The notes beneath the pieces were generated by a model, which searched no databases, had not been told where the DNA came from, and saw nothing but the letters and a program-made list of their open reading frames with translations. The translations under genes were made by a program, and so were the position numbers. From assembly GCA_003135555.1 (NCBI GenBank), contig PLCF01000015.1, positions 1 through 48,815 on the forward strand: a stretch of 48,815 nt of DNA, given 5' to 3'. Positions 10,778-20,081 of this stretch are shown piece after piece (within the stretch, counting starts at the first letter, position 1; every line of letters starts with the position of its first letter). The stretch is from Vulcanimicrobiota bacterium (GTDB lineage Bacteria; Vulcanimicrobiota; Vulcanimicrobiia; Vulcanimicrobiales; Vulcanimicrobiaceae).

Positions 10778-10801
10778 CCTTCGACGGGGCTCAGGATGAC
10801 A
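10778..10801. repeat. Dispersed ~24-bp REP-like repeat, copy 1
   Basis: CCTTCGACGGGGCTCAGGATGACA; matches the copies at 11687, 20926 and 22347. Confidence 0.75.
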
Positions 10802-11672
10802 CGGTGGCGTCTGCGGGCGTCCATCCGTCGGGGCCCTTGTAGCGCATCGGCGGCAGGTTCGGGATCTTCGAGCGGAAGACCAGATACTGCCGGAAGCCGT
10901 CGAACTCGAAGGTGCGCTTGTCGGCGATCATCCCGGCCTCGTAGAGCGAGTGCGCGATCGCCGAGTCGCGCCCGAGCTTGCGGATCGTGATCGGCAGCAG
11001 CCGCTCCTCGAGGTCGAGGATGCGAAAGACCGCCTCCTCGGGGTCCGGCGCCGTCTCGATCGCTTCGCGCACGACGCGCAGCCCGGTTCCGATGTGGCGC
11101 ACCTCGTCGTGCATGACGTACTCGTAGGTATACGCGGTGGCGAGGTCGCCGTACTTGCGCGCGAGCTCGGCTATCGAGTTGAACAGCACGTGGGCGGAGT
11201 AGGCCTCGAGCGTGCAGACCTGGCCGTAGACGATCTCGACGAAGGTCGGCAACCCGTTGACGAAGCGGAACAGCTCGGTCTGCTCGTACGGAACCTCCAG
11301 CGCATCGGCGAGGTCGAGATCGCGGATGCGGCGCCACTCGATCTGGGTGTGGCGCACCTCGTCCAGCATGTGGGTGGCGTAGAAATACTGGATCGACGGC
11401 CGGTTGGTCTTGGTGATGATCTGGGCGACCTGAGCGGTCGTCTGCGCTTCGCCCCAGCAGGTCGTCAGCATGATCGGCCGCATCGCATGGCGGTACTCGG
11501 CGCTCAGCTCGGGATCGTGCGTCTTGTGCTCGCGGTATTTCTCGAGCAGTGCCTTCGTGTCGCGGTATTGGTGCTCGATGTACTCTTCGTAGGACTCCAG
11601 CGATCCGAAGGTGCGCAACTCCGCGTCGGGCACGACCCTCGGAATGACGGTGACCGAATTCACGAACGACAT
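10791..11672 (-). CDS. Ferritin-like carboxylate di-iron protein, function unknown
   Basis: Two E...DExRH halves (CWGE...DEVRH and TLEA...DEVRH); co-oriented between the ALDH and dioxygenase genes. Confidence 0.8.
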   Translation of the reverse strand: MSFVNSVTVIPRVVPDAELRTFGSLESYEEYIEHQYRDTKALLEKYREHKTHDPELSAEYRHAMRPIMLTTCWGEAQTTAQVAQIITKTNRPSIQYFYATHMLDEVRHTQIEWRRIRDLDLADALEVPYEQTELFRFVNGLPTFVEIVYGQVCTLEAYSAHVLFNSIAELARKYGDLATAYTYEYVMHDEVRHIGTGLRVVREAIETAPDPEEAVFRILDLEERLLPITIRKLGRDSAIAHSLYEAGMIADKRTFEFDGFRQYLVFRSKIPNLPPMRYKGPDGWTPADATVSS

Positions 11673-11686
11673 AGCCTACACGTCCC

Positions 11687-11709
11687 CCTTCGACGAGCTC
11701 AGGGTGATA
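11687..11709. repeat. Dispersed REP-like repeat, copy 2
   Basis: CCTTCGACGAGCTCAGGGTGATA, same orientation as copy 1. Confidence 0.7.
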
Positions 11710-11715
11710 CGGAAT

Positions 11716-13209
11716 TTAGTATGCAATGCACACCAGCTTCGGCTCGGTGAAGAAGTCCAGCGACCAGCGGCCGCCTTCGCGGCCCAGACCGCTCATCCCG
11801 ACGCCGCCGAACGGCTGGCGCAGGTCGCGCAAGAAGTATCCGTTGATCCAGCACATCCCGGCCCGCACGGCTTGCGCGAAGCGCAGCCCGGTCGCGACGT
11901 TGGCGGTCCAAGCATAGGCCGAAAGCCCGAACCGCGTGGCGTTGGCGCGCCGCACGACCTCGTCGAGCGTGTCGAAGCGAAACACCGAAAGCACCGGCCC
12001 GAAGACCTCTTCGCGAGCGATGGTCTGCGACTCGTCGCGCGGTGCGAAGATCGTCGGCCCGAGATAGTTGCCGCCCGCCAGTGCCGGATCGCTGGGTCGC
12101 GTGCCGCGCAGCAGCGCCTCCACGCCGTCCGCGTCGGCTTGGGCGCAGAAGCGCTCGACGCGCTCGCGATGCTGCGCCGTGATCAGCGGCCCCAAATCGC
12201 TCGCGTGCGATTGCGGGTCGCCTACGCGCAGCGCGCTCACGCGCTCGAGGTAGCGCGCCAAGAAGCGTTCGTAGATCCTGCTCTGCACGTACAGCCGCGT
12301 GCCGGCGAGGCAGACCTGTCCGCTATGGCGGAACATCGCCAGCACGCTGCCCTCGACCGCCAACTCGAGATCGGCGTCGTCGAAGACCACGTTCGCGGAC
12401 TTGCCGCCCAGCTCGAGGGTGACTTTTTTGAGGCCCGGCGCGGCCGCCGTGTTGATCGCGATGCCGGTCGGCTCGCTGCCCGTGAACGCGACCGCGTCGA
12501 CGCGCGGGTCGGCGACGAGCGGCGCGCCCACCTCGGGCCCGAAACCGGTCACGACGTTCACCACGCCGTTGGGAACGCCGGCTTGGGTGCACAGCTCCGC
12601 CAGTCGCAGGGTCGACAGCGGGGTCAACTCCGACGGCTTGAGCACGCACGTGTTTCCCGCCGCGATCGCGGGCGCGATCTTCCAGGTCGCCTGCATGAGC
12701 GGCGAGTTCCAGGGCGTCAGCAGCGCGCACACGCCGACCGGTTCGTCGCGCACGATCGACGCGATCTCGCGCTGCGCGCCCAAGAACGGCTTGCGCTCGA
12801 AGAACGCGCTCTGCTCGCGCTGCTCGATCGCGCCGGCGAAGAACGCGCAGTTGTCGGCGGCGCGCGGAACGTCGCGCTCCGCGGTCTCGCGATACGGTTT
12901 GCCGGCGTCGCGCGACTCCAGCCGCGCGAGCTCGTCACGTTCGGCCAGGAGCAGCTCGGCGAGCGTGCGCAATACCTTGGCGCGTTCGGACGCGCTGCTG
13001 CGCGGCCAGGGCCCGGCGTCGAAGGCACGTCGCGCCGCGCCGACGGCACGCTCGATGTCCGCTGCGCCGCCGCGCGCGATCCGCGCGAACACGGCACCGC
13101 TGGCCGGGTCGACGTCGTCGTAGGTCGCGCCGCTGGCGGCCTCCACCGCAGCGCCGTCGATCCACAGCTTCGTCGTGAGTGCCGTCTTGGCACCGACGCC
13201 GCTCGTCAT
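11716..13209 (-). CDS. Aldehyde dehydrogenase (hydroxymuconic semialdehyde dehydrogenase / HpaE-like)
   Basis: LTPWNSPL, KPSELTP, FTGS, LELGGKS, GQVCLAGTRL, EEVFGP, RDLRQPFGGVGMSGLGREGG. The ATG at 13209 overlaps the upstream stop. Confidence 0.9.
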   Translation of the reverse strand: MTSGVGAKTALTTKLWIDGAAVEAASGATYDDVDPASGAVFARIARGGAADIERAVGAARRAFDAGPWPRSSASERAKVLRTLAELLLAERDELARLESRDAGKPYRETAERDVPRAADNCAFFAGAIEQREQSAFFERKPFLGAQREIASIVRDEPVGVCALLTPWNSPLMQATWKIAPAIAAGNTCVLKPSELTPLSTLRLAELCTQAGVPNGVVNVVTGFGPEVGAPLVADPRVDAVAFTGSEPTGIAINTAAAPGLKKVTLELGGKSANVVFDDADLELAVEGSVLAMFRHSGQVCLAGTRLYVQSRIYERFLARYLERVSALRVGDPQSHASDLGPLITAQHRERVERFCAQADADGVEALLRGTRPSDPALAGGNYLGPTIFAPRDESQTIAREEVFGPVLSVFRFDTLDEVVRRANATRFGLSAYAWTANVATGLRFAQAVRAGMCWINGYFLRDLRQPFGGVGMSGLGREGGRWSLDFFTEPKLVCIAY

Positions 13210-14156
13210 GACACGGCGTGGACTGCCGCGTGCCGGCCCGTCTTCATCGCGGGGACCACCTCGTACAGCTCGGGGAGCCGTTTGGTGATGCGCTCGGCGG
13301 CGTCGTCGGGCGCGAGGTAGGGCGGACGAGGCGGACCCATCTCGATCCCGGTGACGACCGATGCCGTCGCCTTGGTCATCCCCAGCGCGCCCAGCGCCGC
13401 TTCGCCGCCGCGCGGGAACACCCGGTTCAAGCGGCGCTGAATCTCTTGGGCGAGCGCGATGTCGCCGCGTCTGTAGGCCTCGTCGATCGCCACGCACGCG
13501 GGGATCGCGAAGACGTTGATCTGCCCGCCGCCGGAGCCCAGGAGCCGCCCGGTCAAGTACGCGCGAAAGGTTTGCAGATAGACGGCCCGTCCGGCCAGCG
13601 CATCGGCGACTTGCTCGAGGTGCTGCAGATCGGTCTCGACCTCTTTGACGCAAGCCACGTTCTCCAGCTGCGCGACCTGGGCGAAGAATGCCGGCGACAT
13701 GTGGAACTTCGACAGCGCCGGGTTGTGATAGACGCAGACCGGCAACAGCTCGGCCTCCGCGATGGTGCGGAAATGCTCGAACGCTTCGCGCTCGCCGACC
13801 TTCCAGTAGTACGGCGCGATGACGACGGCGCAATCGTAGCCCAGTTCGGCCGCGACGCGCGTCCAGTGCATCGCTTGGAGCGTCGTCGCGCCGGAGGTCA
13901 TCGCGAACGCGCTCGCGCCCGGATGCAGGCGGGTCTGCTCGAGCACGACTTCGAGGACGCGCCGGCGCTCGGCGTCCTCGAGGTGGAGAAACTCGCCGAT
14001 CGACCCGGTCGCGACGATCCCGGTCGCGCCCTGGGCGAAGCACCAGTCGATCTGGGCGCGCAGCGCCCCTTCATCGACCGCGTAACGGCTGTCCATCGGC
14101 GTGACGATGAGCCCGATGACGTCCCGGAACCGGTCGCGAAAGCGCTCGATCTGCAT
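13206..14156 (-). CDS. DapA/NanA-family class I aldolase (catabolic, HpaI-like position)
   Basis: VTPM, GSIGEF, APYY, VYHNP, Schiff-base Lys in CVKE; AGGAGG SD before the ATG at 14156. Confidence 0.85.
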   Translation of the reverse strand: MQIERFRDRFRDVIGLIVTPMDSRYAVDEGALRAQIDWCFAQGATGIVATGSIGEFLHLEDAERRRVLEVVLEQTRLHPGASAFAMTSGATTLQAMHWTRVAAELGYDCAVVIAPYYWKVGEREAFEHFRTIAEAELLPVCVYHNPALSKFHMSPAFFAQVAQLENVACVKEVETDLQHLEQVADALAGRAVYLQTFRAYLTGRLLGSGGGQINVFAIPACVAIDEAYRRGDIALAQEIQRRLNRVFPRGGEAALGALGMTKATASVVTGIEMGPPRPPYLAPDDAAERITKRLPELYEVVPAMKTGRHAAVHAVS

Positions 14157-14255
14157 GCGGCCTCCTATCCACCCACGGCGGGCCTTGGCCTGCCCGGCGG
14201 GGTATATGGTGTTCGTTGCCGCGACCACCGGGACTCTCTCGCGGCTCGACAGGGA

Positions 14256-15056
14256 ATGCACGCGATGTCGCATCGACTGCTGGTTTCCGCCTGCCTTGCC
14301 ACGCTGGTCGCGGCGCCCGTTCCCGCCGGGGCCGCCGAGGCGGGCCGCGCCCTGCGAACGCTCGACTTCGAAGTCGACGTCCACATCTCAGAGCGCCGTG
14401 AAACGCCCGGCGACGGGATCCGTCAGGTTCTGCCGCGGATGGTCATAAAAGGCCAACCGGTCGGCCCGTCGGACGGGACGAAGGGCAGTGGCGAAGGCAC
14501 CGCCAGCGCCGCGATCACCGCTAAGGGTTCGATCCGCGTCGCGGTCATCGGCGCGACCGACGATGCCGGGCTGATCGTCGACGTCTCGGAGGACGCGACC
14601 CAGCGGACGCGGCCCAACGTGCGGGTCGTCATCGGTCCCGACGGCGCGATGGTCTACGACCCGGCCAATGCGCAGAACCTCACCGAAGAAGAAGGCGCCG
14701 TACTGCGCTGGCTCGCGCGCGGCTTCTACGGCGACCACCCGACGGAGCCGGGAACGTCGTGGACGATCGACCAGAGCGCCAACGGGCGTACCGACATCGA
14801 ACGCTATCGCGTCGTCGCCAAAGCCGCGCACCGCGTCACGCTCGACTACGCGCTCGAGGAGAAAGTCCCGGGCTCCGCGGGCTACAATGCGCTGCGCCAG
14901 GGGTCGCTGCTCTACGACGTCGCGATGATCGTTCCGGTGAAGGCGACCTTCCAGAGCCAAGCCCGCCGCCAAATCGGCGGTGCGTACGACACGACGCGTA
15001 CCACGATCACGGTGACGCTGACGTCCGACAGCTTCGCGCCGCCGCCTAAGCCTTAG
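14256..15056 (+). CDS. Hypothetical secreted protein
   Basis: Signal peptide MSHRLLVSACLATLVAAPVPAGA, beta-rich globular body. Start 14256 or 14265. Confidence 0.7.
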   Translation: MHAMSHRLLVSACLATLVAAPVPAGAAEAGRALRTLDFEVDVHISERRETPGDGIRQVLPRMVIKGQPVGPSDGTKGSGEGTASAAITAKGSIRVAVIGATDDAGLIVDVSEDATQRTRPNVRVVIGPDGAMVYDPANAQNLTEEEGAVLRWLARGFYGDHPTEPGTSWTIDQSANGRTDIERYRVVAKAAHRVTLDYALEEKVPGSAGYNALRQGSLLYDVAMIVPVKATFQSQARRQIGGAYDTTRTTITVTLTSDSFAPPPKP

Positions 15057-18000
15057 CCTTCGTCCTCGTCGGGAGCGGTTTCGGTACCGACGACGTCGGC
15101 GCGCTTGGCCCCGCCGGTCGCTAGCGCCGGTTTGCCGGCGGCGCGCAGGGCGGCGTCGGCGCGCGCGACGTCGTCGCGTTCGAAGGTCGCCAGGTCGCGC
15201 ATGACGGCGGCGAACGCGTTGTCGACGCGCGCCGCATACTCCAGCGTCGAGGCGCTGGGCGGGGAGCCGGCGGCGAAGAACAACCCTCCCATGTCCTCAC
15301 GGATGCGGCCAGGCCGCTGGATGAAGTCTTCGTCGTTGGTGTAGTCGGCGCTCAGCCGCGCGCGCAGCGCCAGCGCGCGGGCGCGGACGTCGCGCAGGGT
15401 GGCCGCGAGCTCCGCGCTTGAGCCCTTGGCGCGGTCGGCCGCCGACGCGGCGTACGCGTCGAGACGGTTGAGCGCGCCGTTGAGCCGCGAGTACTCTTCG
15501 AAATGCCACTTCGCGAAGGCGTAGGCAGCGCGATAGTCGGCGCGCGTGAACGTGGCGCGCGGATCGGCGGCGATCGTGAAGCGCTGGGTGAACGTCTTGC
15601 CGTCGAGCGCGATTCGCGCTGCATAGGGTCCGGGGACTACGGCCACGCCGACGCGCGGCCCGCGGTACATCTCCTTCGCGGCGCCGGTCCAGCGCGTCGG
15701 GCCATCTTCGCGCATGTCCCAGCCGACGCGGTTGAGCCCGCCGAAGTTGGTGACGAGCGGCACCTCGCGGCCGCCGGTGAGCTGGGTTCCGCGCAGGTGC
15801 CGCACGATGCGACCGCCCGCGTCGAGGATGTCGATCTCGGGCGCCTTCGCGCCCGGTTTGGCCTGATAGAACGCGATCATGACGCCGCCCGGCGGGTTCT
15901 TGCCGGCGAATCGCGTGTAGAGCCCTTCGTCGTTGGAATGGCTCGAAAACTGGTACGCGGTGCGGATCGCGAACAGCATCGCGCCGGCCGCTTCGGCTTG
16001 GGGGAGCTGTTGGATCGGCGTGAGGTCGTCGAGGATCCAGATCGCGCGCCCGTGCGTTGCGAGCAGCAGATCGTTCCAACGCGGCTGCACGCGGATGTCG
16101 TAGGTCGCGACCGTCGGCAGCCCCAGCATCGGCTTGCGCCAGTGCGCGCCGTCGTCGTACGAGAGCCAGAACGAGTTCTCCAGGCCCAGGTAGACGAGAT
16201 GAGGATTGCGCGTGTCGGGCCGCACCGAGCGCGCCGACTGTGCGGGCAGACCGGTGCCGATGGGCGACCAGTGCGCGCCCCAGTCGTGCGTGACGAACGC
16301 GTACGCCGCGTAGTCGCCCAGCAAATGACGATCGATCACGGCATACGCGGTCCCGGCCACGAGCGGCGAGGGCGCGATCGTCTCGACGCGGCCGTCGCGC
16401 CCGGCACCGGCCGGCGTGACGTCGTACCAGCGCCGCCCGCTGTCGCGCGTGAGATGCACGAGTCCATCGTCGCTCCCGGTCCAGATCTCGCCGCGCGTCT
16501 TGGTCGACGCTTCGATGTCGAGCAGCGTCCCGGTGAACTCCGCGCTGGACACGTCGAGGGCGAGCGGACCTCCGGCGGGCTGCTGGTGCGTCTTGTCGTT
16601 GCGCGAAAGGTCGGGCGAGATCGCCTTCCAGTGTTTGCCGCGATCGCGCGTCGCGAACACAACGTTGGCGCCGAAATACGTCGTCGCCGGGTCGAACGGA
16701 TCGAAGGCGATCGGGGCATCCCAGTTATAGCGATAGCGAGCCCGGTCGAGCTGGAACTCGTCGACGGCGCGACTGCGCCACGGTTGCACGAACGTGTTGC
16801 GCTGCGTCTTGCGGTTGTAGATCGAGACGCGCCCGGTCTGCAAGTCGGTCCAGATCAGGTTGGGATCGCGCGGATCGGGCCACGCCCACATCCCGTCGCC
16901 GCCGGTCACGCGGTCCCACGATTCGTCGATGATCCCTTCGGCGTTGAGGCTGTTCGACGGCCCGCAAAACCCGTTGTTGTCCTGGAGCCCGACGCAGACC
17001 CAATACGGCGTGCGATCGTCGTAGCCGATGTGGTAGATCTGCCCGATCGCGAGATTTCGTGAGAACGACCAGGCCGTGCCGCCGTCGACGGTGAGCGCGT
17101 ACCCGCCGTCTTCGCCGGCGATCATGCGCTTGGGGTCGTTGGGCGCGATCCACATGTCGTGGTAGTCGACGTGGACTTGGCTGGCGATCTCCTTGAACGT
17201 CTTGCCGCCGTCCTTGGATTCCGAGAGCGCCTCGGAGACGCCGTACACGTGGTCGGCGTTGGACGGGTCGACGCGCACGTGCGAAAAGTAGAACGGGCGC
17301 TGGTTGACCAGCGTGTCCTTCGACATCAGCCGCCAGGTCGCGCCCGCGTCGTCGGAGCGCCACAGGATGCCGTCTTTCGATTCGATGAGCGCGTAGACGC
17401 GCTGCGGGTTCGAGGCCGACACCGCAAGGCCGATGCGGCCCGTCATTCCGTCCGGCAAGCCGTGCCCGGTCAGGCGACTCCAGGTCTTGCCGCCGTCGGT
17501 CGATTTCCAGATGCCGTCGGCGTCGCCGCCCGAACGGAAGGTCCAGGGCCTGCGCTGGAACTGCCAGATCCCGGCGTAGAGCACGTCGGGATCCTTCGGG
17601 TCGGCGACCAGCTCGCTGACGCCGCTTTGCGGGCCTACGAAGAGCGTCTTCGTCCACGTCTGGCCACCGTCGGTGGTGCGAAAGACGCCGCGCTCCGGTG
17701 AGTCGGCGAACACGTCGCCCAGCGCGCCGACGACGACGACGTTGGGATCGCGCGGATCGATGAGGATCGACGCGATCGCGTGCGTCGCGGCGAGGCCCAC
17801 GTTCGTCCAGCTCTTGCCGGCGTCGGTGCTCTTGTAGACGCCGTTGCCCCACGACACGTCGTTGCGTGGGTTCGTCTCGCCGGTCCCGACCCATACGACG
17901 TTGTGGTTCTTGGGGTCGATCGCCACCGCGCCGATCGAGGAGACGTCTTGTTTGTCGAAGACCGCGCTCCACGTCGTGCCGCCGTTGGTCGACTTCCACA

Positions 18001-18307
18001 CGCCGCCGCCGGCCGAGCCCAGGTAGTACAGGCGCGCGTCGTCCGCGACGCCCACGACCGAGGTGAGCCGCCCGCCGGCGACCGCGGGTCCGATCTCGCG
18101 AAACGCCAGCCGGTTATAGGGCGGCGTCGGCGAGGGCGAGGGCGAGGGTGACGGCGATGGCGACGCGGCCGGCGACGGCGCGGCCGGCGCCGGAACGGGT
18201 GCAGGCGAGGGGTTCGATTGCGGCGCCTGGCCCTGCGCGAGCGCGGCGGCCGGGCCGCAACACAGCAAAAGCGCCGCAAAAGCGGCGCGGTTCATCAGAC
18301 GCTGCAC
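15053..18307 (-). CDS. Secreted BNR/Asp-box repeat beta-propeller protein (VPS10/glycosyl hydrolase-like)
   Basis: Signal peptide, Pro/Ser linker, FREIGPAVAGGR, many S/TxDxGxTW repeats, ATHGRAIWILDD. Confidence 0.85.
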   Translation of the reverse strand: MQRLMNRAAFAALLLCCGPAAALAQGQAPQSNPSPAPVPAPAAPSPAASPSPSPSPSPSPTPPYNRLAFREIGPAVAGGRLTSVVGVADDARLYYLGSAGGGVWKSTNGGTTWSAVFDKQDVSSIGAVAIDPKNHNVVWVGTGETNPRNDVSWGNGVYKSTDAGKSWTNVGLAATHAIASILIDPRDPNVVVVGALGDVFADSPERGVFRTTDGGQTWTKTLFVGPQSGVSELVADPKDPDVLYAGIWQFQRRPWTFRSGGDADGIWKSTDGGKTWSRLTGHGLPDGMTGRIGLAVSASNPQRVYALIESKDGILWRSDDAGATWRLMSKDTLVNQRPFYFSHVRVDPSNADHVYGVSEALSESKDGGKTFKEIASQVHVDYHDMWIAPNDPKRMIAGEDGGYALTVDGGTAWSFSRNLAIGQIYHIGYDDRTPYWVCVGLQDNNGFCGPSNSLNAEGIIDESWDRVTGGDGMWAWPDPRDPNLIWTDLQTGRVSIYNRKTQRNTFVQPWRSRAVDEFQLDRARYRYNWDAPIAFDPFDPATTYFGANVVFATRDRGKHWKAISPDLSRNDKTHQQPAGGPLALDVSSAEFTGTLLDIEASTKTRGEIWTGSDDGLVHLTRDSGRRWYDVTPAGAGRDGRVETIAPSPLVAGTAYAVIDRHLLGDYAAYAFVTHDWGAHWSPIGTGLPAQSARSVRPDTRNPHLVYLGLENSFWLSYDDGAHWRKPMLGLPTVATYDIRVQPRWNDLLLATHGRAIWILDDLTPIQQLPQAEAAGAMLFAIRTAYQFSSHSNDEGLYTRFAGKNPPGGVMIAFYQAKPGAKAPEIDILDAGGRIVRHLRGTQLTGGREVPLVTNFGGLNRVGWDMREDGPTRWTGAAKEMYRGPRVGVAVVPGPYAARIALDGKTFTQRFTIAADPRATFTRADYRAAYAFAKWHFEEYSRLNGALNRLDAYAASAADRAKGSSAELAATLRDVRARALALRARLSADYTNDEDFIQRPGRIREDMGGLFFAAGSPPSASTLEYAARVDNAFAAVMRDLATFERDDVARADAALRAAGKPALATGGAKRADVVGTETAPDEDEG

Positions 18308-18361
18308 ACCTGCGATCCTACGCGGGAACGCGGGTACGTCCTGCGCCGAACGGGGCGGCCG

Positions 18362-18550
18362 TCAGCGCCGAACGCTGACCGTCAACGGGCCGTTGCGGCG
18401 CCGGAAGTGGTTGTAGAGCGCCACTGCGCCGACGACGACCGCGGCGACGATTGCGGCGATGAAAACGATCTTCAAGACGAACGCCAGCACGATCAGCGCG
18501 ACGATGGCGACCGCGGCGATCGCGGTGATCCGGACGAACAGACTCATCAT
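18362..18550 (-). CDS. Small membrane protein
   Basis: GGAGG SD, two hydrophobic segments, basic tail. Confidence 0.65.
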   Translation of the reverse strand: MMSLFVRITAIAAVAIVALIVLAFVLKIVFIAAIVAAVVVGAVALYNHFRRRNGPLTVSVRR

Positions 18551-18659
18551 GGCCTCCGAGCCAGATACCCCGCGTCTCCCGGTGGTGTTTCACCGGCGCC
18601 GGCGGGCGGCGGGAAGCACCCTTGCGCTCGCTCGCTTACTGTGGCATACTGGAAGGGTC

Positions 18660-18830
18660 ATGGATGGAGTCTCCGGCCTCTCCGGCGGTGCGGCCATGGA
18701 CATCGCCGCCAACGGCACGTCCTCGGTGGCGGTTTCTGTGCTCGCCGGCACCGAGAAGCTCATGGCCGACCTGGCGGCGCGACTGTTCGCCTCGCTGGGG
18801 ATCGGCGCGAACGTCGACTCCCGAGCCTAG
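18660..18830 (+). CDS. Small protein resembling the YjfB family
   Basis: 56 aa with SVAVSVL...LF.SLGIGANVDSRA ending; preceded by TTGCGC-N17-CATACT. Confidence 0.55.
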   Translation: MDGVSGLSGGAAMDIAANGTSSVAVSVLAGTEKLMADLAARLFASLGIGANVDSRA

Positions 18831-19399
18831 CCGCCGGGGCCGCCCTGGCGGCCCAGATACGCCAGGGCGACCAGCACCGCGGCGACCTGCGAGCCGGCGG
18901 CGATGCGGCCGTCCAGCGCCATCGCGCGGACCTCGTCGACGGGGACGCGGTCGACCTCGATCTCTTCCGTGATGTCGGTCTGCGGCTCGCGGGTGCGCGT
19001 TGCGTCGCGCACGACGAAGACGTGGAAGCGGCTCGTCGAGTTGGTGGGATCGGTCAGGAACGTGCGCACGAACTCGGGTGTCGCACCGGTGTAACCGGTC
19101 TCTTCGGCCAGCTCGCGCGACGCGCAGGCCGCGGGCGATTCGTCGTCGTCCATCCCGCCCGCCGGAAGCTCGGTCACGACCTCGCCCACACCGTGCTTGT
19201 ACTGCCGAACCAGCAGGACGCGGTCGTCGGGCGTCAGCGCGAACACCACCGCGAACCCGTGCGACTCGCGCACGAAGTACTCGTCGACCACGGCGCCGCT
19301 GGGCAGCGCGACGCGATCGGCCCGCAGGCGCAGGAACGGCGTGTCGACGCGGTACTCCGATGAAAGGATGCGCCAAGCGCGCAGCCGCGGGTCGTCCAT
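18827..19399 (-). CDS. NUDIX hydrolase (ADP-ribose pyrophosphatase-like)
   Basis: LLVRQYK, ELPAGGMDDDESPAACASRELAEETGY Nudix box. Confidence 0.9.
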   Translation of the reverse strand: MDDPRLRAWRILSSEYRVDTPFLRLRADRVALPSGAVVDEYFVRESHGFAVVFALTPDDRVLLVRQYKHGVGEVVTELPAGGMDDDESPAACASRELAEETGYTGATPEFVRTFLTDPTNSTSRFHVFVVRDATRTREPQTDITEEIEVDRVPVDEVRAMALDGRIAAGSQVAAVLVALAYLGRQGGPGG

Positions 19400-19469
19400 G
19401 CTGACGGGTATACCACGCAACGGTGCGGAACAGGCCCGGATCGCACGCCGTCCTTTCGGGGGAGACGCG

Positions 19470-19793
19470 ACGATCGAGAAGATCGAGATCGGCCGGCACT
19501 ACGACACGACCTACGGAACGCTGTGGAAAGACGGCACGTTTTTTCCGCGCGGTACGAGCGTGGTCGTCACCGGCCTGCACGTCGAGCAAGGCTTCTGCGT
19601 GCGCTTCCCGGCGGAGGTCGACGGCGAGCCGCTCGAGACCTGGGAAGACTGGGACGAGGTGGACTTCATCGCCGAGGCCGGCTCGGTCGCAGCCGGCGGC
19701 ACGCTGCCCTCGAGCGTGCTGACCGAAGCGCGTGAGGTGCTCGATGACGCCGACGACGGCTGCCACCTGCACCTGCACGAAGGCGACGAGTAG
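19470..19793 (+). CDS. Hypothetical acidic protein, probable non-canonical start
   Basis: Protein-like frame starting just after the SD GGGGAG (19459-19464); only ACG (19470) or ATC (19473) are available as starts. Confidence 0.55.
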   Translation, partial: TIEKIEIGRHYDTTYGTLWKDGTFFPRGTSVVVTGLHVEQGFCVRFPAEVDGEPLETWEDWDEVDFIAEAGSVAAGGTLPSSVLTEAREVLDDADDGCHLHLHEGDE

Positions 19794-19794
19794 C

Positions 19795-20037
19795 CTGAGC
19801 CCGGCGCACAACGCCGCCGCGCTTGTCGCGACGCTGCTCGCGGCCGGCGCGTTGCTCCCCTTGCCGGGCCGCGTCCGGCTGCTGTGCGTGGCGCTGGCCT
19901 GCGGCACGATCGTCCTGTTGCTCGTTGCGCGCTTGCGCGCACACGGCGCGCGCCGCACCGATGCTCGCGTCGACGGCTTGTACGGTCGCATCGAACGCAT
20001 CCGCCGCGACCGCGCGAAGCGGCGGCGCGGCACCTAG
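19795..20037 (+). CDS. Small membrane protein, possible CTG start
   Basis: Two hydrophobic helices and a basic tail; begins 1 nt after the preceding stop. Confidence 0.45.
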   Translation: MSPAHNAAALVATLLAAGALLPLPGRVRLLCVALACGTIVLLLVARLRAHGARRTDARVDGLYGRIERIRRDRAKRRRGT

Positions 20038-20081
20038 TCGCGACGGGAGGCCCGGCCGGCGCCGCATACAAGCGTAGCGCT

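Noticed and set aside
11716..14043. 775-aa ORF suggesting an ALDH fusion
   Set aside because: The N-terminal part is an off-frame read of the aldolase gene; the ALDH starts at 13209.
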